Shown piece by piece: positions 28,953-39,205 of a stretch of 64,000 nt of DNA. Positions within the stretch are counted from its first letter, which is position 1. Each line of letters begins with the position of its first letter. A program made the position numbers and the translations under genes. Under the pieces are notes generated by a model. That model was not told where the DNA came from, did not search any database, and saw only the letters and a program-made list of their open reading frames with translations. The DNA comes from Candidatus Collierbacteria bacterium GW2011_GWA2_42_17 (GTDB lineage: Bacteria > Patescibacteriota > Microgenomatia > UBA1400 > MFAQ01): positions 116,352 to 180,351 of the forward strand of contig LCDA01000001.1 of NCBI GenBank assembly GCA_000998275.1, read 5' to 3'.

Positions 28953-28990
28953 ATCTAGATTAAGGATATACCAAGTCAGGGGCTATGGGT

Positions 28991-29019
28991 TTGACATTGG
29001 CAATTTGATATGGTATGAT
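28991..29019 (+). promoter_or_regulatory. sigma70 promoter of the M23 gene
   Basis: TTGACA-N17-TATGAT, with TG upstream of the -10. Confidence 0.75.
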
Positions 29020-29079
29020 ACCGTTCGCTTGAGAAATTCAAGCATTTTTTGTACCTGATGCGGGGCAATACCCGCGTTT

Positions 29080-29676
29080 ATGATACTAAACATACTACCA
29101 AAAACCAGAACATCAAACCCTGTTTCAAAACTCATCAGACCGATGTTCGAAGGAAAAACTATTAAAGCTGTCTTGGGTGGAATCATTTCAATGACCTCCT
29201 TGGCTTCCGGACTAGTTTTCCTCCCAATCGACCAGTCTGTGGTCGCTGCAAATATACAAACTCTTAATACGGAGATCCCTCTTGAGACCCGTAAGAGTTA
29301 TGCCAATGTTCTTCCTGCTTATACAGGTGTTTCTCAGGGTTTCCGTTTTGGACACCCCGGAATCGACCTAACAGCTCCTTTGGGATCTAAGATCTACCCT
29401 ATTAAGGAAGGTGTCGTTATTAAGGTTCAGTACCTTAAGTATGACTATGGCAGAGCTGTATGGATTGATAACGGAAACGATACCGTTTCTTTATATGGAC
29501 ACATGGGCAAGATTTTCGTCAACGAGGGAGATACTATAACAACCGATAAGCCGATTGGTGAGGTTGGTTTAACCGGAAAAACTACCGGACCTCACCTTCA
29601 CCTTGAGGTGATCAAAAACGAGAAAAATATTAACCCCCAGCCTTATTTGGCTTTGGGTAGAGTAAACAAGAGATAA
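29080..29676 (+). CDS. M23 family metallopeptidase
   Basis: HPGIDL, YGH, TTGPHLHLE; N-terminal TM. Confidence 0.92.
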   Translation: MILNILPKTRTSNPVSKLIRPMFEGKTIKAVLGGIISMTSLASGLVFLPIDQSVVAANIQTLNTEIPLETRKSYANVLPAYTGVSQGFRFGHPGIDLTAPLGSKIYPIKEGVVIKVQYLKYDYGRAVWIDNGNDTVSLYGHMGKIFVNEGDTITTDKPIGEVGLTGKTTGPHLHLEVIKNEKNINPQPYLALGRVNKR

Positions 29677-29823
29677 ACAGTTTTCAACAGATTAATATAA
29701 CAATTTGATTGATTTATCAATTATTTGTGTTGTGTGGAAAACCCGTTTATTTTGTGAATAAGATATTAATTATTAAAAAAATCCCCGCCACGCTTCTTGC
29801 GTACAGGGTTCTTCGGATGAAGA

Positions 29824-29845
29824 AAAGACCTCTTGCGAGGTCTTT
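29824..29845. terminator. Terminator hairpin downstream of groEL
   Basis: AAAGACCTC-TTGC-GAGGTCTTT. Confidence 0.7.
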
Positions 29846-29869
29846 CTTTGTAGCTTTGATAAATTGCTG

Positions 29870-31800
<1,931 letters not shown>

Positions 31801-31849
31801 ACTTTATTTGTAGATAATTGATAAGGCTTAGGAGTTGAGTATACACTAA

Positions 31850-31876
31850 ATAGCACTCACACTCCTCGAGTGCTAT
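31850..31876. promoter_or_regulatory. CIRCE element (HrcA operator)
   Basis: aTAGCACTC-N9-GAGTGCTAt upstream of groES. Confidence 0.92.
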
Positions 31877-31907
31877 TTTTACTTATAACTTGACCTGTTG
31901 TCAAGAC

Positions 31908-32507
31908 CTAGAGAGCTGCTCCTTGAAAATTAGGGCAGTTAGCTTTGTACCAAGCCATTGCTTTGGCAGAACAAGAGATTATTTTAGCTTCGTCGAGTAT
32001 TGGCATACAGTCTACCCAACCATTAGCTGGACAGATAAAGTTAGCTGAAGCCGAAGCGGTAGAGATTGGGGTGACTTCCGGAGTAAGAGAGGGAGTAATA
32101 GTAATTATTGGGGTTGGAGTAACAGCAGGAACTTCTGTACTAGACATAGGGAGAAAACGAGCAGCAAGGACTCCAATGAGAATACCAAAGAGAATTAAAG
32201 CTATACCAATAAAAAAGATACGGAGAAAGCCGGAAGAACTAGACGACGAGGGAACCGTTGTTATCGGAAGTGGTGGCATCGGGGGTGTTTCCTGGTACAT
32301 TGGCTGGGAGATCGACTCTGGGGACTGGGACTGGGAGGTTTGATTTGGTGTCTGGGACACTAAGGGTGGATTCGGGTCGCTGCTCCAAGCTGTCGGTGGA
32401 GTTGTCTCTTGGCTTGTCGGGGAAAAAGATGGGGTTGACGTCTGATTTTGGGGGTCGCTGTCCGGGAGAGGATTTTGTGGGGGGTTGATGTTTCGATCTG
32501 GGTCCAT
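31908..32507 (-). CDS. Hypothetical single-pass membrane protein: P/S/T/Q-rich N-terminus, 4-Cys C-terminal domain
   Basis: TM 'IFFIGIALILFGILIGVLAA'; CPANGWVDCMP...C...C. Confidence 0.7.
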   Translation of the reverse strand: MDPDRNINPPQNPLPDSDPQNQTSTPSFSPTSQETTPPTAWSSDPNPPLVSQTPNQTSQSQSPESISQPMYQETPPMPPLPITTVPSSSSSSGFLRIFFIGIALILFGILIGVLAARFLPMSSTEVPAVTPTPIITITPSLTPEVTPISTASASANFICPANGWVDCMPILDEAKIISCSAKAMAWYKANCPNFQGAAL

Positions 32508-35388
32508 TATTGTTATTTTGATTATTATTAATATTGGTTCCGAAAGTGAGAAGGTTTTTGTTTTTTAAAACATCTAAGACTGATGTTGTAATTCTAAGTT
32601 TACCTCCTTGGGTAGAAGTTTTTGCCAGTTCTAAAGCTTCGTCATAACTTACCCATTTAGAGTCATTGTATTCTTCATCTGAAGGAAATTTCAAATTGGT
32701 AGATGAGGAAGTGGCATAGAGGAAATAATATTTTTTGCCCTTCATGTTGACCTGATTGCCGGAGTCAAGTTTTAGTTCTCGCAACCCTTGTTTATCGGGA
32801 GGAAACTCAATTTTATCGACGGATAAAAGAGTGGGTTTAAAACTTGACTGTTTGACAAAATCTTCACCCAACTCTTCAGTCATTTCACGTTTGAAAGCGT
32901 CGACGAGAGTCTCGTGATTCTCCACTCCCCCTTGTGGCAGTTGCCAGAGTTGATGAATTTTTTGATAAACAAAAAGAATCTTGCCGGAGTTCAAAAAGCA
33001 ACCAACAACACTGGGGCGAAGTCCTTCGGCTCTGTCTTTGTCCAGTTCTTCCAGGGAGGGTTCTTTTGAAAATACTGTTGATGATTGCTTCGTCGCTTCA
33101 TTTCTCTTAATGACTGGGGGTGGGGGTTGTTGCTGTGGTCGATAAGGAGTGGCTTGAGAATAGGAACGGGGTCTGGGAGGTGTGCTGGGGGCATAAATAG
33201 AGGCCTGGGTCATGTCGAGAGCCTCGGTTTTGCGATAGTATTGTTCTTCACTGGCGGCAATAATTTTTTGACGACTATCATCTTTAATTTCCGGAAGTGG
33301 CAGGGTGGTGGCCGAGAAGGGATTAGAGATGGAGGCATTAACAGAGATTTTGACGATGATCTGATAACGAGCAAGGCCAACGAGATCGTCTTGGGTGTAG
33401 AAGTTTCCCAATTCATTCATAAGGCGGTTGGCATCGGCGGCCCCAACTACAAAGCTTATGAGGGTACCGGCATTACCAAAAATAGCATCTTGAATTTCAA
33501 TTGGAAGCTGGGCGGTGTACTGATTGGCAAGAATTAGATTTAAACGATATTTGCGAGCTTCGGAAAGGATTTTTATAAAAGAGGTGGTGGCAAAGTTTTG
33601 AAATTCATCAACATAGAGGAAGAAGTCTTTACGTTCTGTCTCGGCCATGTTGGCACGATTCATGGCGGCAATCTGAATTTGAGAAATAAACATGGCTCCA
33701 AGTAGAGCCGCATTATCTTCACCAATTTTACCTTGAGGCAGATTGAGAATAATAATTTTGCCGTTGTTCATGAGATTTTCAAAATCAACGGTGGAAGTAG
33801 GATGGCTGATAATATCTCTAATTGTGGGTGAAGTAATGAACTGGCCGACTTTGTTTAAGATGGGAGAGATAGCCTCGGACTGAAATTTTTCTGAGTATTT
33901 GTCGTATTCATCATGCCAGAAGTTATGGAGAACAGGATCTTGAACTGCCGAAAGATATTCTTCTCTGAAGGGCTTATTGGTAAGGAGTCGAGGAACATCA
34001 AGAAGGGTGGCTCCCGGCTTACCAACAAGTGTAAGGAGGGTGTTTCTTAAAATATATTCCAACCGAGGACCCCAGGAGTTACCGTAGAGTTTACTAAAAA
34101 TAGAGACTATGCCCGAAGCGACTAGTTCTGAGTAAGCTGGATTTTTAACATAGAGAGGATTGAGATGAAAAGATTTACCAACAACTGAAGGGTCGAGGTA
34201 AGCAACATCATTAATTCTGTCTGAAGGAATGTAGTCTAAGAGGTGCTCGGCCGTGTCCCCGTGAGGATCTACCAAAGCCATTCCTTCACCATGACGAATA
34301 TCGTTAATAGCCATGTTGGCTAAAAGGGTTGATTTACCGGTACCAGACTTACCCAAAATATATACGTGGCGGCGACGATCCTCCCCTTTTTTCATACCAA
34401 AAGAGACAATTCTGTTTTTATATTCTGTTTTGGCAAAGAAATTAATATCCTGCTTTTCCTCTTCGGAGAGATCTTCGGCAATGGGAAGATTTGCCGGTGG
34501 CTCTCCCCTTAAAGTCTTTCCCCAGGCAATACCTTTGATGTTCGCGAGATTTACACCGGGTAAGTGATAAATGGCGGCTATTTCGGCGTAGTTTAGGTAC
34601 TGATATTGATTAGAGTAGCGAGCAGAACGTTCGATAATCATTTCCTTTAACTTTCCGTGAGAAGACGGCTTGACGACTTTAAGCTTAAAGCTATTGCCTT
34701 CGGAAAGAGCGTAGGTACCAAAAGCGGCAGATATTTGAGAAAGAAGTTGCCTGGAGCTCGACTCGCTCTGAGAAATAGCGGCGAGACGAATATCGCAACT
34801 AAAGGCTTGATAGGCAAGTTTTTTCTCGACGAAAGGTTTTTGAGCGTTTGGTTGGGATTTTTCACCTTCGGTGACTGGTTTGGGCTCGAGAGATTTACGA
34901 AGAGCTTTTTGCCAGTTTCCGGGAGCGGCAAAAAGGCAAATTTGAATTACAGCCGCTTGACCTGCCGGAATACGGGAGAGGCTGCCTAAAATGGCGGTCA
35001 TTTGGTCAACCTTTTCGTCTTCGGTGACGTTGAGGGGAAGCTGAGAGGGAGATGAGAGCACCAACTGACCCATTTGAGGCTGGCCGTGAGACAACCAGTC
35101 GGCAAGGTAGTCTTTCATGGGGGTAATGAGAGCAGTTGGATACTGGGCTGCAATTTGAGAACGAACAAGGTGTTCGAGACGTTCCGGACAGGCAATAATA
35201 AAATAGGTAGTTTGACTGAGATTGGCAATTTCCAAGGTAATGGTTTCGTAGGTGTTGAGAAGTCTATCCATGAAACTAGCCTTAAGAGAAGACTTGATGG
35301 AAGCTAAAAACTCAACAAAAGCAGATTGACCCGTAAGTGAGTCTTTGGCAGGACGAATCTGCAGAACCGAATATTTGGGCAAGGCCAT
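32239..35388 (-). CDS. VirD4/TraD/TrwB-like (DUF87/HerA superfamily) ATPase fused to a Nudix hydrolase
   Basis: DRRRHVYILGKSGTGKS, VDPHGD, WGPRLE, LYVDEFQNF, LSEARKY, ANQY, IFGNAGT; then PQGGVENHETLVDAFKREMTEELG (Nudix box). Confidence 0.88.
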   Translation of the reverse strand: MALPKYSVLQIRPAKDSLTGQSAFVEFLASIKSSLKASFMDRLLNTYETITLEIANLSQTTYFIIACPERLEHLVRSQIAAQYPTALITPMKDYLADWLSHGQPQMGQLVLSSPSQLPLNVTEDEKVDQMTAILGSLSRIPAGQAAVIQICLFAAPGNWQKALRKSLEPKPVTEGEKSQPNAQKPFVEKKLAYQAFSCDIRLAAISQSESSSRQLLSQISAAFGTYALSEGNSFKLKVVKPSSHGKLKEMIIERSARYSNQYQYLNYAEIAAIYHLPGVNLANIKGIAWGKTLRGEPPANLPIAEDLSEEEKQDINFFAKTEYKNRIVSFGMKKGEDRRRHVYILGKSGTGKSTLLANMAINDIRHGEGMALVDPHGDTAEHLLDYIPSDRINDVAYLDPSVVGKSFHLNPLYVKNPAYSELVASGIVSIFSKLYGNSWGPRLEYILRNTLLTLVGKPGATLLDVPRLLTNKPFREEYLSAVQDPVLHNFWHDEYDKYSEKFQSEAISPILNKVGQFITSPTIRDIISHPTSTVDFENLMNNGKIIILNLPQGKIGEDNAALLGAMFISQIQIAAMNRANMAETERKDFFLYVDEFQNFATTSFIKILSEARKYRLNLILANQYTAQLPIEIQDAIFGNAGTLISFVVGAADANRLMNELGNFYTQDDLVGLARYQIIVKISVNASISNPFSATTLPLPEIKDDSRQKIIAASEEQYYRKTEALDMTQASIYAPSTPPRPRSYSQATPYRPQQQPPPPVIKRNEATKQSSTVFSKEPSLEELDKDRAEGLRPSVVGCFLNSGKILFVYQKIHQLWQLPQGGVENHETLVDAFKREMTEELGEDFVKQSSFKPTLLSVDKIEFPPDKQGLRELKLDSGNQVNMKGKKYYFLYATSSSTNLKFPSDEEYNDSKWVSYDEALELAKTSTQGGKLRITTSVLDVLKNKNLLTFGTNINNNQNNNNGPRSKHQPPTKSSPGQRPPKSDVNPIFFPDKPRDNSTDSLEQRPESTLSVPDTKSNLPVPVPRVDLPANVPGNTPDATTSDNNGSLVV

Positions 35389-35407
35389 AGGATAAGTATA
35401 TACAAAA

Positions 35408-36019
35408 CTAGGCGGTCGCGGGGGTAGAAAGTATAGTTTGAACCGGTTGTTTGGAGCCTGTGTCAACAATCTTTACTTCAGAAAAAAGAACGTTCTCAAT
35501 AATGAGACCTTTGTCTTCAAAAAGTTTATTAAGTTCGTTTTTGATGGTTGTTTCTATTTGAGTTCGTTCCGGACCAATTTCGGTATGGTCGAATTGGCTA
35601 AAAGCAGAAGAAATACGACTTCTGGAGTAGGGGCGGACAACTTTGGAGATAAAGTTATCGCCGATGTTTTCCCAAAGCTCTGGAGCGTTGGCTTTGTCGA
35701 GCTTAAAAAGAACCGAGCCTTCAATGGAGATTGTTTTGTTGTCTTTGGTGGTAGCCGTAATAGGCTCATCTCCGAGAGACTCTTTTTGAGAAAGATCAAA
35801 ACCGTGGCGAATGGTATACTCAAGAATTTGAGCGTTGAAGAGTTTGGCTATTTGCCAAAAGGGAATCTTAAGGTGAAGTCCAGGACCCCAAACCCGCTTT
35901 AGAACGCCCAAACCGCGATCATAAACACAGGCAACGTGTCCGGGTGGAACGGAAATGAAAAAACCGCCGACAATTTCGTCAACGAGAAAGGAAACAACCA
36001 ATTTATCAAAATCTGCCAT
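35408..36019 (-). CDS. SPFH/prohibitin (band 7) domain protein, without an obvious TM anchor
   Basis: VPPGHVACVYD..G, GPGLHLKIPFWQ, TKDNK.I, VVRP..RS. Confidence 0.85.
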   Translation of the reverse strand: MADFDKLVVSFLVDEIVGGFFISVPPGHVACVYDRGLGVLKRVWGPGLHLKIPFWQIAKLFNAQILEYTIRHGFDLSQKESLGDEPITATTKDNKTISIEGSVLFKLDKANAPELWENIGDNFISKVVRPYSRSRISSAFSQFDHTEIGPERTQIETTIKNELNKLFEDKGLIIENVLFSEVKIVDTGSKQPVQTILSTPATA

Positions 36020-36030
36020 AACTTCTGATA

Positions 36031-36837
36031 TTATATCGTCTTTTCAGGTGGAGTTGGTGTTGGTAATGAAGAAAGGGGAAGTTCTGCCTCCGAAGGTGTC
36101 TCTGTTGTGGTGCTGGGGGCGGTTTTTTTGGAGAGAGAATAATAAAGATAGAGAAGCTGTCTGACTAGACGAACAACCATGGTAAAGGCAATCGAGGTAA
36201 TAATATAGACCTTTTTGCCGGCAGGGAGGAACATAAAAATGACAAAGCAAAAAATGGGAAAGATAATAACTAAGGAAACGAAGTCTTTTTTGTCGGGTTT
36301 GACCGGAGAGAAATAAAGATGCATAGCTTCATTGGTGGCAATCATTAAACTCTGAAGAATGTTTAGAGTGTTGTTGGTGTGAGATAGATCATAGATACCA
36401 AGAAACATAAGGTCGATGGGGGTCTGAATTTTGGGCATAAAATCATAGAGCAAGTGAAGGTCGGCACCTTCGAGACCAGTAGTAAAGATACGATAAAGCA
36501 TGAGGATGACCATGACCTGGATGACAACATTGATGATTTCCGAGATAATCGCGCCGGGGCGAGTACGCATGACCCGACGAGTTTCGGCTTTAAGACGAAT
36601 AGGATCAGAGGCCAAATCCTTTTTTAATTGTTTTATCTTTTTGGCAATTTCGTACTTGTCCTCGGCGGAGCGGTCGCCGGCAAGATCAACAGGCAAAAGA
36701 ATAAGGCGAACGGAAACAGCAAATAAAATAACGGCGATGCCCATGTCCGGACTGGGTAAAATTTGTCCAACTAGCCAGTAAAGACCGACTAAAATATTGA
36801 AAAATGGTTGGTAAAAGTAAGTAGTAAAGATTTCCAT
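36031..36837 (-). CDS. YidC/Oxa1 family paralog
   Basis: YQPFFNIL, DMGIAVILFAV.VRLILLP, FLGIYDLS, LPAG..VY. Confidence 0.8.
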   Translation of the reverse strand: MEIFTTYFYQPFFNILVGLYWLVGQILPSPDMGIAVILFAVSVRLILLPVDLAGDRSAEDKYEIAKKIKQLKKDLASDPIRLKAETRRVMRTRPGAIISEIINVVIQVMVILMLYRIFTTGLEGADLHLLYDFMPKIQTPIDLMFLGIYDLSHTNNTLNILQSLMIATNEAMHLYFSPVKPDKKDFVSLVIIFPIFCFVIFMFLPAGKKVYIITSIAFTMVVRLVRQLLYLYYSLSKKTAPSTTTETPSEAELPLSSLPTPTPPEKTI

Positions 36838-36854
36838 TGTTAAGGTAATTATAA

Positions 36855-37667
36855 CTAGTTGTTTTTGAGATAATTGGTTAGAACGGTTGAGAGATCATTC
36901 TTGTGGAAGTAGGCTGCGTGAAGAGAGACAACTTCGGTGGTTTTTTTAGGAAGCATATAGAAATATTGAAGGATAAATAATAGGTAGTTAAGAGGAGCAA
37001 TAATAAAAAATAAGGGGTTTGATTTCTTTTTTGGGTATTTTTTATCAGATAGTTTGTGGTAGGCATTAGCCAGGTAGTGACTAGTCCAACGGTTGGATCT
37101 AATAAAGTTTTGGTAGGTGCCTCCCCTGTCAAACAGGGGTCTTACCTGGAGAACTTCGTGAGCAGTGTAAATATTTTGACGTTTTTTGGGGACAGTAAGA
37201 GAAAACATGTCAAGCCAAAGATTAGGACAGAAAGCATTTTTTATTTTTATTGAAGAGTTATCCCCCGGATGACGACGATTAAAAAATAAGGAAAGAAAAA
37301 ATAAAAATAGGGGTCTGGTGAACCAAAGGGTGTTTGGTTCCGTAATTATTAACAAATCAAGGTCGTCGTTTTTTTTAGTGTTATTGGCAGCAACAGAACC
37401 GGTAAAGGCAATGAGACGAATAAAAGGAAACAGGTGGATAAATTTGAGGAGTTTGAGGGCAATTATTTCCTTTTGTTTGGTATTGGCTAAAAGACTTTTT
37501 TTAAGATTTATATCCTTGGGGTTGAGGGTGTTTGTATATTTTTTGATTAATGATTTAGGTACCAAACGAGGAGAAATTAACCAAAAATGAATTTCCTCTA
37601 GAGAAAGAGGGAAATTAAAATAACCTCCGTAGGCAATGGTTTTAGCAACGGCTGAAGCTAAATTCAT
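36855..37667 (-). CDS. Pol-beta-superfamily nucleotidyltransferase-like protein
   Basis: 'FTGSVA...DDLDLLII' (GS + DxD), CPN, NIYTAHE. Confidence 0.65.
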   Translation of the reverse strand: MNLASAVAKTIAYGGYFNFPLSLEEIHFWLISPRLVPKSLIKKYTNTLNPKDINLKKSLLANTKQKEIIALKLLKFIHLFPFIRLIAFTGSVAANNTKKNDDLDLLIITEPNTLWFTRPLFLFFLSLFFNRRHPGDNSSIKIKNAFCPNLWLDMFSLTVPKKRQNIYTAHEVLQVRPLFDRGGTYQNFIRSNRWTSHYLANAYHKLSDKKYPKKKSNPLFFIIAPLNYLLFILQYFYMLPKKTTEVVSLHAAYFHKNDLSTVLTNYLKNN

Positions 37668-37670
37668 GGC

Positions 37671-39140
37671 TTAGGGAGTGGTGGCGGCGGCGGGGGCTGC
37701 AACTAAACCATACTGAGATAAAACCTGAGCAAAGCCGTTATTTAGAGTTACAAGTGCCTTGACGACATCTTGGTTCTGAGAGACGGCATTAACAGCATCT
37801 TCCAAGTATTTAATCAGACGAGAATTAAGGGCCGTCTTGGCGTCTCTGGTATTACTAGCGGTATAAAAAGTATGAGCAGTTTCGAAACTGGTGACAAAAG
37901 GAGAAACAACGGGGTTGTTTTGAGCAAGCGAGGCGACAGCTTTGTTGGCTGGTGGTTGGGGAAATTCTCTGTCTGATGTGGCCGCATCAAAAAGAATTTG
38001 CTGAGCTTTAGCTGAGGCTAAGAAACTAACAAATTTCCAGGCTTCTTGGGGATGTTTGGAATTTTTACCTACTGCTTCGAACCAAAAAGAGGTCCAGTTA
38101 ACAATATCCGAGTCCGGAAGTTGAGGAACGGCAACGGTTTGCCAGGAAAGGGAAGGGTTGATGGATTTTATTTCGGGAGCTCTCCAGAGGGGAGCAATAA
38201 TCATGGCAACTTTTTCATTAGCAAAAGCGACGGTGGAAGGAGGCAGGGTGTCATCCCAAACACGATGTTTGGTAACAAAGTCGGTGTAGTAACTCAGGGT
38301 AGCGGAAGCCTCCGCACCCTTGATGTCGGTTAATTTGACACCAGCTTGGAGGAGCATAAGACTAACAATGTCTGGCCAGTGATCAACATTTCCAGTATTA
38401 CCAAGGGCAATTCCGGCACGAGTTAACTTGCCAGTAAGAGGATCTACTTCTTTGAGGGTTTTGGCAGCAGATAAAACATCTTCCCAGGTTTTTGGGGGCA
38501 AGAGAGATTTTTGCTGAAACATAGAGTTATTCATAAAAAGTGCCAAACCATCCATAGTTATCGGCACACCATAGACTTGAGTTCCAGAAATCAACATCTT
38601 ACTTACGATGGGATAAAAATTGGTGGAGACTTCGGTAGCCGACACAGAGTTGGCGGGTGCAGGAAAAAGATTTTTTGCAAAGAGAGGAAGCCAGGTGGAG
38701 TGCAGTCTGATAACGTCAGGAGAGTTTTGACCTTCAAGGGCTGTCTTGATACGATCTTGATAATCTTGAGGTGACTGGAGTTGGTAACTAATTTTGATGC
38801 CTGGATTTTGAGTTTCAAATTCATCAATTACCGGTTTCATTACTGAAGATGGTTCCCAAAGTCCATAGTATGTCAAGGTAATGGTTTGTCCCGTGGTGAC
38901 AGATTCTGAAGGTAATCTGGAACCGATGAACTTGGTTATGCCATAGACAAGCAAACCAACAACAAGAATTCCCGCGAGAAGGGGAAGAATAATTTTAATT
39001 GGCGAGGGTTTGACAACAGGGGGCTTGACAGAGACTGGAGCTTGATAACTTGGGGGGGGTGGAGTGGCTTCCTCGGGGGTGGGTAGCGGAGCAGCTTCCC
39101 CTGGTACGGATGGGCCTGGAATTGGAAATTGGTTGTCCAT
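37671..39140 (-). CDS. Membrane-anchored extracellular solute-binding protein, family 1 (sugar-type)
   Basis: TM anchor, PDVI, GVPIT.DGLAL..N, PPKTWED, FANEKVAMI, EAWKFVSFL. Confidence 0.85.
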   Translation of the reverse strand: MDNQFPIPGPSVPGEAAPLPTPEEATPPPPSYQAPVSVKPPVVKPSPIKIILPLLAGILVVGLLVYGITKFIGSRLPSESVTTGQTITLTYYGLWEPSSVMKPVIDEFETQNPGIKISYQLQSPQDYQDRIKTALEGQNSPDVIRLHSTWLPLFAKNLFPAPANSVSATEVSTNFYPIVSKMLISGTQVYGVPITMDGLALFMNNSMFQQKSLLPPKTWEDVLSAAKTLKEVDPLTGKLTRAGIALGNTGNVDHWPDIVSLMLLQAGVKLTDIKGAEASATLSYYTDFVTKHRVWDDTLPPSTVAFANEKVAMIIAPLWRAPEIKSINPSLSWQTVAVPQLPDSDIVNWTSFWFEAVGKNSKHPQEAWKFVSFLASAKAQQILFDAATSDREFPQPPANKAVASLAQNNPVVSPFVTSFETAHTFYTASNTRDAKTALNSRLIKYLEDAVNAVSQNQDVVKALVTLNNGFAQVLSQYGLVAAPAAATTP

Positions 39141-39205
39141 ATAAAAATATCAGCTAAAATAGTAGAGTCGGGTTGCGAGCGACACTGTATTAGAGTATAG
39201 CAAGA

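Noticed and set aside
32239-37667. HerA-like ATPase + nucleotidyltransferase as a CBASS or HerA-type defence system
   Set aside because: ATPase motifs fit the VirD4-like family; no effector, Sir2 or NurA partner; host-like composition
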